This document shows, one piece after another, positions 1 to 11,817 of a stretch of DNA of 64,000 nt. Below the pieces are notes generated by a model that saw only the letters and a program-made list of their open reading frames with translations, was not told where the DNA came from and searched no databases. Location: positions 1 to 64,000 of the forward strand of contig NMRA01000011.1 in NCBI GenBank assembly GCA_002633005.1, given 5' to 3'. Positions within the stretch are counted from its first letter, which is position 1, and every line of letters begins with the position of its first letter. The position numbers and the translations under genes are program-made. Origin of the DNA: Phoronis australis (taxonomy: Eukaryota; Animalia; Phoronida).

Positions 1-188
1 GTGGCCAAATAAGTGGTGTACTCAGAGTGGCCAAATAAGTGGTGTACTCAGAGTGGCCAAATAAGTGGTGTACTCAGAGTGGCCAAATAAGTGATGTACT
101 GAGAGTGGTCAAATAAGTGGTGTACTTAGAGTGGTCAAATAAGTGGTGTACTTAGAGTGGCCAGATAAGTAGTGTACTGAGAGTGGCC
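1..188. repeat. 26-bp minisatellite (GAGTGGCCAAATAAGTGGTGTACTCA), ~7 copies, cut by the window edge
   Basis: Unit recurs every 26 bp (GTGGCC at 1, 27, 53...). Confidence 0.95.
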
Positions 189-781
189 TTTTCTTGTCTC
201 TTGCTGCTTTCAATGAAGTACTTTGCGTTGTCCTTTGCAAGAGCTTGTTTCCATGTAAAAAGTCAGCAGGTTACAACTTATTTAGAACAAACTGAACAAA
301 CAACTTAATTTACAGTTGTCAAGTGTGCGAAATAACTGAGTAGCCAAGCATCACCAACTGGTAGTGTATGAATTTAACAAATTGAAGCCTACTTATTACC
401 AATGTGATCTAATTAAAGGTAGTTAAGTTATTTTAAGCTGTTCCAATATAAGAGAACTTTATTCTATCATTGGTGAAACAGGATGCTGGGCCATTTCATC
501 TGGTATAAATTGGAATAAGGGGTGAATACACAATATTCAGACCTTGTTAACTTAGTAATCAAAAGGTATTTGTTACTATACATTATAGATCAGGTTTGCG
601 TTGACAGTTTCCGAAGTGCAAAACTAACTGTGTGCGACATCGGGTGAGGCAAGAAATTCCCCACAAGTAACCTGATGTGTATTAAGTGAGGGACAAACCG
701 TCATTTTTCAAATTAATTTTTTGGTTTGCAAAATTAAGTAAAGGTACAAAATAAGTGGATAATTATTGTACCAGAGCTCCA

Positions 782-960
782 AGCACATGGGCAGTATTGT
801 TAACCTCCTAGCACATGGGCAGTATTGTTAACCACCAAGCACATGGGCAGTATTGTTAACTACGAAGCACATAGGCAGTATTGTTAACCTCCTAGCACGT
901 GGTCAGTATTGTTAACCACCAAGCACATAAGCAGTATTGTTAACCTCCTAGCACATGGGC
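782..960. repeat. ~28-bp minisatellite (AGCACATGGGCAGTATTGTTAACCtcct/acca), ~6 copies
   Basis: Direct tandem copies visible. Confidence 0.92.
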
Positions 961-1034
961 ATAATACACAGCTTGACCACTAGAGGGCGCATATATCTTA
1001 CTTACATAATCATGTCCAGGGCACTCCTGTTACA
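961..1034 (-). mobile_element. Terminal fragment of the same LTR family as the solo LTR at 22140-22772
   Basis: Near-identical to ~22704-22772 and ends in ...CTCCTGTTACA. Contains CCACTAGAGGGCGC (977-990). Confidence 0.85.
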
Positions 1035-1350
1035 CTATCATCGAGTACACTCACACTGTGGCCATGTTATCATCGACTACACTCGCACTGTGGCCTTGTT
1101 ATCATAGAGCACACTCACACTGTAGCCATATTATCATCGAGTACACTCACCCTCTAGCCTTATCATCGAGTACGATCACACTGTAGCCTTGTTATCATCA
1201 AGTACACTCACACTGTGGCCATGTTATCATCGAGTACGCTCACACTGTGGCCATGTTATCATCGAGTACGCTCACACTGTGGCCATGTTATCATCGAGTA
1301 CGCTCAAACTGTGGCCATGTTATCATCGACTACACTCACACTGCAGCCTT
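1035..1350. repeat. ~32-bp minisatellite (ATCATCGAGTACACTCACACTGTGGCCATGTT), ~10 copies
   Basis: Direct tandem copies with no unique spacers. Confidence 0.93.
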
Positions 1351-3568
1351 TGAAGATACAGAGTTAAACAAAAAAAACTAAAATTGCTACTAGGGGCACA
1401 GCAGTAGTCAGATCTGTCCAAAAGTCGTCGTCATCCGTAGTCAACATCATATAAATACACTTGCTAAATTAAGTAAAGATCCTGCGAACGGTTTAGGAGA
1501 TACATCCATAGGCACAAAAAAATGCCACTAGGAGGCACCACAGTGGTCGAAAATGTTGGAAAATCATCGTCAACCATCCTCTTCATAGTAAACAAATGCC
1601 AATTTTCACAATCATCCTTTGAGCAGTTTGGTTGATAGAGGGGTGGTTTCAAAAAACGACTCGAAAACAGTACAAGAGCAACGCAGAGCCTTGAAATGCG
1701 CCCACAATTGCACCGTATACGGTATCCTTCTAGGGTTGTTTATTGGTACCATGAAGTGGCCAGTAGAGGGCATATATGTAGTATGTTGTACTTTGCAAAA
1801 TGGAAAGGCATGGTCATTGTCTCCTCAATAGGCTAGGGGCAAAATGTGAATGATCTTCATAATACAAGCACATCCTATACATCAGTTGCTTAAAGCACCA
1901 CAGAAACATAGAATTAAAAACAAATTTACCAACATACGAGATTAGCACAGCATTAGAATGCCAGAAACAAATTTCTACTTGGAACTTTTCCTTCATAGTC
2001 AAGAAGAAACACAAAGTATACACCTGAAGACCTATGAAGATACAGAGGTCAATGTAAAATACTAAAATTGCCACTAGAGGCATACCGGTAGTCGGAATCA
2101 TCCTAAAGTCGTCATCGTTCGTTGTCAACATCACATAAATACACTTGCTAAATTTAGTAAAGATCCTGCAAACGGTTTGGGAGATACAGCCATGGGCGAA
2201 AAAAAAAACTGCCACTAGGAGGCGCCACAGTAAACAAAGTCATGGGAAATTCAGCGTCAATCGTCCTCTTCATAGTAAGATCATACATGCCAATTTTCAC
2301 AATCATACTTATAGCGGTTTGGCTGATAGAGGGGTGGACGCCAAAAACAGTAAAAATGGCCACTGGGTGTCGCAAACTAGGTCGAATCCATTCGAAAACA
2401 GGAGGATAGCGTCATCGCACTAATAAATGCCTACATACCAAATTTCATGAAATTCCGTTAAGGACTTGTGAAGATACAGAGGTAAACGTAAAAAAATGAA
2501 ATTGTCACTAGGGGGCACACTGGTAGGTGGATCCGTCCAAAAGTCTTCATCTTCCGTTTTTAACATCATATAAATACACTTACACAATTTCGTAAAGATC
2601 CTGAGAATGGTTTAGGAGATACAGCCATAGGCGCTTTTTTTTTTTTTTTTTTCTGCCACTAGGAGGCGCCACAGTAGTCGAAATCGACGGAAAATCATCG
2701 TCAACCACCCTCTACATAGTAAGCATATACATGCCAATTTTCACAATCATCCTTTGAGCGGTTTGGTTGATAGAGGGGTGGACGCACAAAAACAGACTCG
2801 AAAACACTAAAAACGGCCACTAGGTGGCGCAAACTATGTCGAATCCATCTGAAAACAGGAGGATAGCGTCATCTCACTAATAGGTGCCTACATACCAAAT
2901 TTCATGAAAATCCGTTCAGGACTTTTGAAGATACAAAGGTAAGCGTAAAAAAATTTAAATTGCCACTAGGGGGCACACCGGTAGTCGGATCCGTCCAAAA
3001 GTCGTCATCTTCTGTTGTTAACATCATATAAATACATTTACACAATTTCGTAAAGATCCTGCGAATGGTTTAGGAGACACAGCCATGAATGCAAAAAAAA
3101 GTGCCACTAGGAGGCGCCACAGTAGTCGAAATCGAAGGAAAATCACCGTCAACCATCCTCTACATAGTAAGCATATACATGCCAATTTTCACAATCATCC
3201 TTTGAGCGGTTTGGTTGATAGAGGGGTGGACGCACCACTAGGTGGCGCAAACTATGTCGAATCCATCCGAAAACGGGAGGATAGCGTCATCTCACTAATA
3301 GGTGCCTACATACCAAATTTCATGAAAATCCGTTCAAGACTTTTGAAGATACAAAGGTAAGAGTAAAAAACTACAATTGCCACTAGGGGGCACACCGGTA
3401 GTCGGATCCGTCCGAAATTTCGCACATGCCGTCCCATTCCTGAATGGAACATATGTGCTAAATTTCATGAACGTATGTCAAAGGGTTTTGGAGATAGAGC
3501 AGCGGACGCCGGACGGACGGAGATGACGGCATAATGCGTCCACATATAAATATGCGGGCACATAAAAA
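1351..3568 (+). mobile_element. Non-autonomous satellite-carrying element (HINE/pearl-like) with ~145-bp monomers in a ~440-bp three-subunit higher-order repeat
   Basis: Repeated monomers containing CCACTAGGnGGCRC and AAATTTCRTRAA-like boxes. The 3' end has a GGAC(G) microsatellite (~3503-3521), an imperfect hairpin (ATGCGTCCACATAT-AA-ATATGCGGGCACAT) and an A-run, as in Helentron-associated interspersed elements. Unrelated sequence interrupts it at ~1660-1975. Confidence 0.7.
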
Positions 3569-3569
3569 G

Positions 3570-4860
3570 CAATTCTCAGTTTGCCGACTACCATCTTCAG
3601 CAATTTGTCCCCACCATTCCTTCATATGTTAAAGATACGAATCATTTTCTTAATATAATTAAAAACATCAGTGATTTACCTAAAAATGTCCTTCTCGTAA
3701 CTCTTGATGTTAAAAGCTTATACACTAATATTCCTCAACATGAAGGCATAGAAGCCTGTACCAAGTTTCTTAGTCAACGTAATAATCCTAATGTACCTAC
3801 ATCTTTTATTCGCTCTCTTCTTGAACATGTACTTACCATGAATCATTTTACCTTTAATAATAATCACTATCTTTAAATATTAGGCACAGCCATGGGAACT
3901 AGGGTTGCTCCTACTTTTGCTAACCTCTTTATGGGAAATCTTGAAAACAGCTTCATCAAATCCTGCTCTGAAAAACCCCTTCTCTGGCTAAGATACATTG
4001 ATGACATTTTTATGATATGGACCCATGGTCCACAAAAATTAGATGTATTTTTAGAAAATATTAACAAATTTCACCCTACTATAAAGTTCACTCATGACAT
4101 TTCTCAAAATAAAGTCTCATTTTTAGATGTAACNNNNNNNNNNNNNNNNNNNNNNNNNNNNNNNNNNNNNNNNNNNNNNNNNNNNNNNNNTTTAGTTAAA
4201 GCTAATATCGACAATATACACCAAACTGACAAACCTATTGGCAACACACAATGTAACAAAACTAGGTGTAAAATGTGTAACTTCATCAACGATAGCACTT
4301 TTTTCCAGTCTTCCCAAACCAATGAAAACTTTGAAATAAAACATTATTCTGATTGCACCACCAACAATATTATTTACCTTATAACTTGTAAAAAATGTTC
4401 TATCCAATACATAGGACAAACTCAACATAATCTACAAACTCGGTTTCATAATCATAGATTTAACATAATACATAAAAACATTTCTGATACTATAGGTAAT
4501 CATTTCAATTCCAAAAAACATAATATTCAAGATCTTTCTGTACAAATAATAGAAAAACTCCAACACCCCAGTACCCCTCACAGACTTAAAAGAGAACAAT
4601 ATTGGATAGACAAACTGAATACAATAGAACCTCATGGATTGAACATAAAAACTTCTTAAAATATGTCATTGAATTTTTTACGCAAAAATGTATCATTTTC
4701 ATTACACCATATCTTATACGTCAATTGTCATTTTGTGTTTGATTTTACTTTATTTCTGTTTTTGTTGATAAAGGAAGTTGTTACATCCGAAAATTTCAAA
4801 TTTCAGTTGATCCATTCTTGTTGTTTTATTTACCGATTTATATTCTTCATTTCTTGAAAC
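3570..4860 (+). mobile_element. Penelope-like retroelement, Neptune-type (RT, Cys-rich linker, GIY-YIG endonuclease); 5'-truncated, with an in-frame stop and an assembly gap
   Basis: YVKDTNHFL; LDVKSLYTNIP; GTAMGTRVAPTFANLFM; WLRYIDDIF; SFLDV; CNKTRCKMC; NIIYLITCKKCSIQYIGQT...REQYWIDKLNT-EPHGLN (stop at 4659). N gap 4134-4190. Confidence 0.92.
4761..4802 (+). ncRNA. Degenerate minimal type-I hammerhead-ribozyme-like motif in the Penelope 3' region
   Basis: TTGATAA(A)-GGAaG..CATCC-GAAA-ATT-TC, a U3-A8 core variant. Stem I is weak. Confidence 0.45.
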
Positions 4861-6086
4861 AATAGTATCCTTGGGAGGATCTGGATCGCCTTATTTAGTT
4901 TCAGATATATATTTTCTACCAAATTGGTTAAAATGTGAACATTAAGTCATCTGATAAGTTGTTAAACAAAAACTTTGCCTTTTGCCAGTACGCTGTCATT
5001 GATAAGTCATTAGTCCTTGTACAAAGTGTTGATCATGAAAAAATGCCGAGTGTTCGGTAAACGACCACATAAGTGAGGCCAATTTTCTGCTTGAGTTTTA
5101 CTTTTTTTCCCTGGCACCTTCAAGCATTTCCTCATTAATATGGAGCTTGACGTCATTGCAAATCCAGAGCATATTCTTTTGAAACATTTCCCAAACCTTA
5201 CCCGCCGCACGACTTTAAGTCACCACCAGCGCAGGTTTTTGCAGCATGTGACCTACTTATAGTGGATTTCTCACCCGCGGGCTTGCCTACGACTGATTTG
5301 ATTTGATTCAAAGTATAGCAATCATGGATAGCTTTTCCACTCCATTAACTTTCTGACAAATTACTCGCCGTTTCTTGTAATGACAGTCAATTCCGCTTTT
5401 ATTCAACAAAAAAGGTTTGAATTCTGCTGCCGTCAGAAGTCATGGCACGGAATAATCAACCAAAATAAAAGAAAGCACTTCAATCATCACTCCATATCAC
5501 TTACCAGTCAGGATTTTCCTTAAATGAAAATTTTCAGGCATTTTAGTAACACAACATTCGGATAAGGGGGACGTGTGAACAGACATTTTTTACTTAAAAC
5601 TATATAATACTTCATCTCTGTGTTCCTGTGGAGACACTCATATTTCCTTTGCTTGCAAGGTATGTGGGGAGCAGACGGTATGCGAGGAGCAGACGGCACA
5701 GCTTTTCCAGACACTCAAACAATACCCCAATGTTTACAAAAATATTCAGATCTTCCATAAATTAACAAAATTAATTTTTTTTCTAAATGGTTGTAAAGAA
5801 CTTGACTTAAATGAAAATAAGGTTTTATTCAAAATAGTTTCAAAATTTCTTTTCAATATTAAATCTCTTTGTGTGCGTTCATAACATCATAGATGTGCTT
5901 ATTTTCGAATCATCACCTTGACTGTAAAATTAGTTATAATGTGAATGATAATGATTAATTTATATTCAAAACCATACTTAAATTCAATACATATCATTGT
6001 AATCCTAACATTAGTTTATTGACTTATGCAGAAGACAACACATGGGTGCCGCAATAAAGACATAAAGTGATAATGTTGCGACTCAC

Positions 6087-6278
6087 CGCCACAAGCCAAG
6101 GCCCTACATTTGGTGAGCACTCATAGAAGCAGAGATCATCAAGGAAGTGCTGATGACATTTCTCCGACAGGTTGTGTCCATCACAATGGTTCCAGCTGAA
6201 CTTGTACCATGTTGGCTGTTGGTGCATGTCAACAGTCGTCTGTGAGTGGCAGCAAGCATTGGCTCTGTACCGCTGGCA
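6087..6278 (-). CDS. folr: Folate receptor family gene, second coding exon (192 nt, phase 0/0)
   Basis: tttactttTAG acceptor and GTGAGT donor. Encodes CQRYRANACCHSQTTVDMHQQPTWYKFSWNHCDGHNLSEKCHQHFLDDLCFYECSPNVGPWLVA, matching the FOLR pattern NACC...Y.F.WNHC...C..HF..D.C.YECSPN.GPW. Confidence 0.93.
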
Positions 6279-7019
6279 CTAAAAGTAAAGAGAGTTCCAA
6301 AGGAAACGGGTTAATTAGCCTTTGCAGGACATTATTCACCAAAAAGTCTGCATAATTTGTTTCAATCTTGAGTTTTTTGCTACTCTCTGGTAGATTAACT
6401 TTGCTGCAGCAGTTGATAAACAAAAAGATACCAAATCCCATTTTGTCCCACTGAAACAAATATTTTACCATGTAGCTCTGAAAGAATGATCTGTAGCCCT
6501 AATAATCATTGAAAAGTTTGTAAACTCCATACAAAATCTGCAGTATCAGCAAGCACAACTAACACTCTAGGCGAGTTACACCACTACCGTGGGGAAAACC
6601 ACCAACCAAGAAACATGGTATTCATTTTACACACAGAAAGTGCTTTTAATATAAATCCTGCTATATCACTCAAGTCAAACACCAATGACAATTAAAGGCA
6701 AGAGAACGACATTTGGATGAGAACGGTGTTTGGATGAGAACAATATTTGGATGAAATCACCTGGATTTAGTAGCCCTTTAAATGAACATTTCCTTTGATA
6801 CTTTTCCATTCACACTCTCAAAACAGGGAGTTTTAAAGTACAATTGTTTGTCAACATGTAGTTCAAGACAAAAAATCATCATGTTCTGGCGATATCTGCC
6901 AATCCTTATTCTGTCCCTTCCTACACACCACTGGCATCACACTTGAGTGATAAAAGCAGTATTAGACTACAGACGCTAACTCATTGTGTCATGATTCCTG
7001 TGCTTTTCACCAGTTCCAA

Positions 7020-7114
7020 ATGTGTATGTATGTATGTATGTATGTGCATGCATGCATACATACATACATACATACATACATGCAAACATACATACATACA
7101 TACACACACATACA
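7020..7114. repeat. (TATG)n/(TACA)n microsatellite
   Basis: Visible directly; it abuts the end of the Penelope element. Confidence 0.95.
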
Positions 7115-7239
7115 GAATTTGTTAAACGCACTTTTCATTGTTCACAGTCTTCATTCCGTTACGTTCATACTTTCGGAACAAAACTACTCTCAACTGAATG
7201 TAGATACAGTAACTGACCTAGCGACATAATTAAAAGACA

Positions 7240-7277
7240 CACGATATTTTGAAACATACTTGTTTCATTCTCAAGTG
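7240..7277 (-). ncRNA. Minimal hammerhead motif (family 2 pLTR), G12 to A
   Basis: Reverse complement reads CAC-TTGAGAA-T-GAAACA-AGTA-TGTTTC-AAAA-TA-TC-GTG. Confidence 0.6.
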
Positions 7278-9266
7278 AAGATAAAATGGCGCAGTAATGC
7301 CACAACAGAGTATAAGCTGATGACACACACAGTGAGACACGGCGGGTGTGAAATACTACAAAGAATGACTAATGAAGGGGGGTAACAGGAAAGTCACGCA
7401 AACAAGTGTAATGTGCGGCGCGACCCTGTTTGCTGCTTATTCAAAACAGGCTTCTCAAAAGCAATAAAAAGGGACTCTAATACTTTCAAACGCAGCACAT
7501 CTTGCTCCACGTAGTGAATTGACGTGTTTTCCACAATTTCTTAACGAGTGATTTTACGTTCATGACACTGCAGAAAATGATCTTGGATGGTGCCATTTTG
7601 AAGACGCATGGATAACCGACGGGAAAGACTACAAACCGTTTGACCAATGTAACATTGTTTGACGTTTGAACGAATGTCTGAACGAAGACATTCGTTCATA
7701 TGGCATACAAACTCATAAACAACACTACACTGTGCAACGGGGCAGACTTTTGCTTTAGAAATGTTATTTTTCATGACCAAGTTGGAAAACTTCCTACTCC
7801 GATAATAAGTAATAACATCGAGGTAATCATCAGGCTTACAAACTTTAACATTGCCCCTGATAATTTTCTTAATTGGGTGTTCATCCTGGAGGTAATCATT
7901 AGACATGACATTTTTGTAAAATATCTTTTTGGTGACACCGGTGCGACGTGCAGGGACTTCATAGCTAATTCTGGACACAAATCACTTAACATGGAAATCC
8001 ACATTTTGGACAGTGTATACCATCACCCACATTTAAAGCGACCCGACATTTCATATGAGAGAGTTGTTGACCATCTGCACAACCAAAGTACCATTTCGCC
8101 ATATAAATGGGAAATTGTTTTTGCAAAAAGATGGTGGGTCCCACTTTCTTGGAATTTTATATGTCTGAAGTGGAAAAAAGGGGCTAGCGATGTGATTGGT
8201 GGTATTCCTATCTATGTACGTTATGTAGATGATATTTTTGTTTATTGTGCCTTTGATGACTTGTTATCAGTACGTGATGAACTTGAGCATCACTCTGTAT
8301 TGAAGTTTACCCACGAGCTTCCTGTAAACGACACGATTCCGTTTTTGGACGTTCTTGTGAACCATTCTCCATTTGAATTTTCTACATCAGTTTACCACAA
8401 GCCTACTGATAAAGGTTTCTGTCTCCACGCCAAAAGCGAGTGCCCTGAGCGGTATAAGGTCGCCGTTGTGGTCAACTTCCTAAAGAGGGCGTATTCGGTG
8501 TCGTCCAACTGGTTATTGTTCAATCGAGATGTAGATCGTATAAGACACCGGTGAATAATGGGTATACCAATGCTTTCGTGGATTTCCACATTAAGCGATT
8601 TGTGTCCAGAATTCGCAGTGTCACCAAAAAATATTTTACAAAAATGTCATGTCTAATAATTACCTCCAGGATGAACACGCAATTAAGAAAATTATCAGGG
8701 ACAATATTAAAGTTTGTAAGCCTGATGATTACCTCGATGATACTATTTATTATCGGAATAGGAAGTCCTCCAACTTGGTCATGAAAAATAACATTTTCTA
8801 AAGCGAAAGTCCGCCCCGTTGCACAGTGTAGTGTTGTTTAAGAGTTTGTATGCCCTATGAACGAATTTCTTCGTTCAAATGTCAAACAATGTTGCATTGG
8901 CCAAACGGTTTGCAGTCTTTCCAGTCGGTTATCCATGCATCTTCAAAATGGCGCCATCCAAGACCATTTTCTGCAATGTCATGAACGTAAAATCACTCGT
9001 CAAGAAATTGTGGAAAACACGTAAGTTCGCTACGTGGAGCAAGATGTGCTGCGTTTGAAAGTATTAGAGTCCCTTTTGATTGCTTTTGAGAAGCCTGTTT
9101 TGAATGAGCAGCCAACAGGGTCGCGCCGCACGTTACAATTGTTTGTGTGACTTTCCTGTTACCCCCCTTCATTAGTCATTCTTTACAGTATTTCACACCC
9201 GCCGCGTCTCACCGTGTGTGTCATCAGCTTATACTCTGTGGTGGTATTACTGCGTCATTTTATCTT

Positions 9267-9304
9267 CACTTGAGAATGAAACAAGTATGTTTCAAAATAT
9301 CGTG
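9267..9304 (+). ncRNA. Minimal hammerhead motif (family 2 pLTR), G12 to A
   Basis: CAC-TTGAGAA-T-GAAACA-AGTA-TGTTTC-AAAA-TA-TC-GTG. Confidence 0.6.
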
Positions 9305-9474
9305 TGTCTTTTAATTATGTCGCTAGGTCAGTTACTGTATCTATGTTCAGTTGAGAGTAGTTTTGTTCCGAAAGTACAAACGTAACGGAATGAAGACTGT
9401 GAACAATGAAAAGTGTCGTGCGTTTAACAAATTCTCTATAACCGAAAACTTGCTCCCGAAGTACAGCCAGTTCA

Positions 9475-9615
9475 ACATACATATACATATACAACATATG
9501 AATACATACACATTCAAACACCCACACAGGCACACACATAGAGGCACACACACACAGACAGACAAACAGACACATACATATGTACGTACATACGCATGAA
9601 CATATGTACGTAGTA
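9475..9615. repeat. Degenerate (CA)/(TACA) microsatellite
   Basis: Visible directly. Confidence 0.85.
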
Positions 9616-9919
9616 CGAATATGGCCATTTTATATTATAGCTCAACATACAGTAGTCATTATTTTTTTACTACAAGTACATGGAATTTAGATGTGCACGG
9701 AAATGGAATCCTTTCCATCTTTAGAAGACCCATGTAAAAACTTCTGACATATACATTTTTTATATTTTAAAGGAGCTAAAAATTCCTGACGGAGGGCCCA
9801 GGACAGGGCTCGAAAGCTAAGTCCACAAACACAACATGTCACCGATAGGTAAGTACTCTATCCCCAATAAAAACACCGAGTGTGTGTAGGACAAGCTGAA
9901 TCAGTGTTGTAGTAAGTCC

Positions 9920-10412
9920 ATATCCCATTAGAGGTGAAACTTTGCTTTCACTGAAGTTTTGGTAAGTGGAAAAGGTTAATTCCGGAAGTTAACATGCAAG
10001 CAAACCTTCGCTGAAAATAGTAGGATTTGAAAGCGAAGCTTCGGTACTCACTGAAACTTCGGTGTAGTGGGAAAGGTCAGAGCAAAACTTCACTGAAGTT
10101 ATTGGTAGAGGTCGCGGCAACGAATACGATCACGCGAGACTTCAAAACATGTTCTTTGTTATTGTAGCGTATCCAATGTAAATAAATAAAAGAAAGCATC
10201 TCTGACGAGGAATGATGCTGATCATTTTAATAAACACTGGTAGAACAATTTTCAGTTAGCCTCGAACCCACTACTCAATATTCGTTTGAGAGTATGAATG
10301 AACTGTGTCGTTTGGTATCTTTGTGACAACTTTGATATTACTGTCTAGTCAGAAAACTAAGCGAAGTTTCAGCAAAGCTTCGGTAAACCAAAGTTCCTCT
10401 AATGGGAAACTG
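9920..10412. mobile_element. MITE with CCCATTAGAGG...CCTCTAATGGG inverted ends and internal GAAGCTTCGGTA-like repeats
   Basis: Inverted termini at ~9925 and ~10396-10406. TSD not resolved. Confidence 0.6.
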
Positions 10413-11317
10413 TCAAAGTTTAATCATAGCTCAAGTTAAAGACAAGTTGTAATGTAACAGTGTCAGGAATGAAAATCTGCGGATGTCTTGGCCTCTGAAC
10501 TGAAAAGGGAGGGGATACAAATTACTTGGATGTTGATGTTTTTGCAACTTGCTCACTATGTCACCATTCCAGTTCGTGAAATTGCAATTTCTACTGACTT
10601 CATTTTTGAAGACATTAGCAAGCGTCATTGCTCTGCAGGAAGGAATAAGTGAATCACATAGATATGAAGAAAAAAAAAATGAAATATAAAGTACGATTGG
10701 TCCATATGATCCCATGAATATATTTTACGAATGAATTACCAATTACAGTTAGTAAAAAGGCCAAACTGACCAAAAAGAATTTCAAAAAGGTGAGGCCACC
10801 AAAAATGCAGAGTTGGTTCTGGTCCTTAATCTGATTCATTTTGAGACCTTCCTTCACAGACTAAAAAAAACGCCAACCCATTTGCAGGAAACTCGGCAAA
10901 GGTCTCATATTTTGTTTGAACAGCTGCACTAAGGCACAAAAGCAAGGGCAAGCAAAGTTTGAAACTCCATGATTCGCCAAGCGTTTAGTTAAAGAAAATA
11001 CCATGTTTTGATAGTCTCTAACGATTTTCTATTTTCATAAAGTGAGCAACTGAAAATATTCCACACACGAGTTAATTTTCATAAGCGCACAACAGAACCA
11101 AATTTTGAGGAAAAACAGAATACCGCAATCGCCCTAATAAGCGCCCATGCCCCTATAAGCACTCCTCCACGTGTTTTCAGGCTTTGCAAAAATAAGCGCC
11201 AAGTCCATGAATGCTGTGTACATGCGAAAAATGCCTTACCTACACTTCTAAAATTCTATAGTAACATCTTCAATTTATCAATAAGATCCGACAGTCCTGA
11301 AAAAGCCATTGTGCACG

Positions 11318-11568
11318 AAATTTGTAGACCACCAGCCTCGCCGCGATGTCGGAATTTAGCCGTGACTAACACTTCAAACTTCCGCCGTGCTTCCAAAAGA
11401 ACGCAAAAGTTTTGGTGATCTTGTGAGGGACGTGTCCTATTATGGTCTGACCTTTCATAACAGGCACAGTGTTCTTGTCAATGGGATTATATTGTACATT
11501 TCCCGTACAGTCTCCCTGAACAGTAATCCAAATTTCTTTGGGTATGTGAAAACCATGAATCGAACACT
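11318..11568 (-). pseudogene. HIRAN-like domain relic inside the pogo-type element
   Basis: Minus-strand translation: SIHGFHIPKEIW...NPIDKNTVPVMKGQTIIGHVPHKITKTFAFFWKHGGSLKC / VTAKFRHRGEAGGLQI (with a frameshift). Confidence 0.65.
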
Positions 11569-11817
11569 AATAAAAACTTGACCTTTGTTAAAAGCACGTG
11601 GCCAGGAAGAGTGCGCTACTTACCAGAACCTGTCATCGAACATTAGTCATCGGGAACTAACTATTCATGACACGGCTAGCATAGCATCAGGAAGAAATAA
11701 ATACTGGCACTTATTTCCGAAAGTTTCTAATACCGTAAAAAACGTTTGCGTTATTTTTAGCAGGATTTATTAAGTCAATCGTAATTGGTGTTTTTAAAGT
11801 CGAAATGAACCACTGAT

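Larger units (their letters stand above)
7115..9434. mobile_element. Penelope-like retroelement (family 2) in an inverted configuration: minus arm 7115-~8003 (endonuclease and pLTR), plus arm ~8004-9434 (RT, endonuclease, pLTR)
   Basis: YVRYVDDIF, LKFTHE, PFLDV, VYHKPT; VVYEFVC...CYIGQT...LSRRLSMH...LKVLESLLI..EKPVLN. 7115-8002 is the reverse complement of ~8578-9434. Confidence 0.92.

Noticed and set aside
1035-3568. Regularly spaced conserved motifs resembling a CRISPR array
   Set aside because: The intervening sequences are themselves repeated (no unique spacers), there are no cas genes, and the context is eukaryotic.
190-6080. Downstream folate receptor exons (expected VPLC..DC..W...C motif)
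   Set aside because: No matching translation found by eye; they probably lie left of the window.
6943-7229. Short ORFs rich in YIHT/CMYV (also 9315-9628)
   Set aside because: Translations of microsatellites.
7308-7357. CTGATGA...GAAA canonical hammerhead core antisense to the Penelope pLTR
   Set aside because: There is no room for stem I and the stem II register is off by one. The 28.5-kb copy reads CTGACGA, and a better motif lies on the sense strand.
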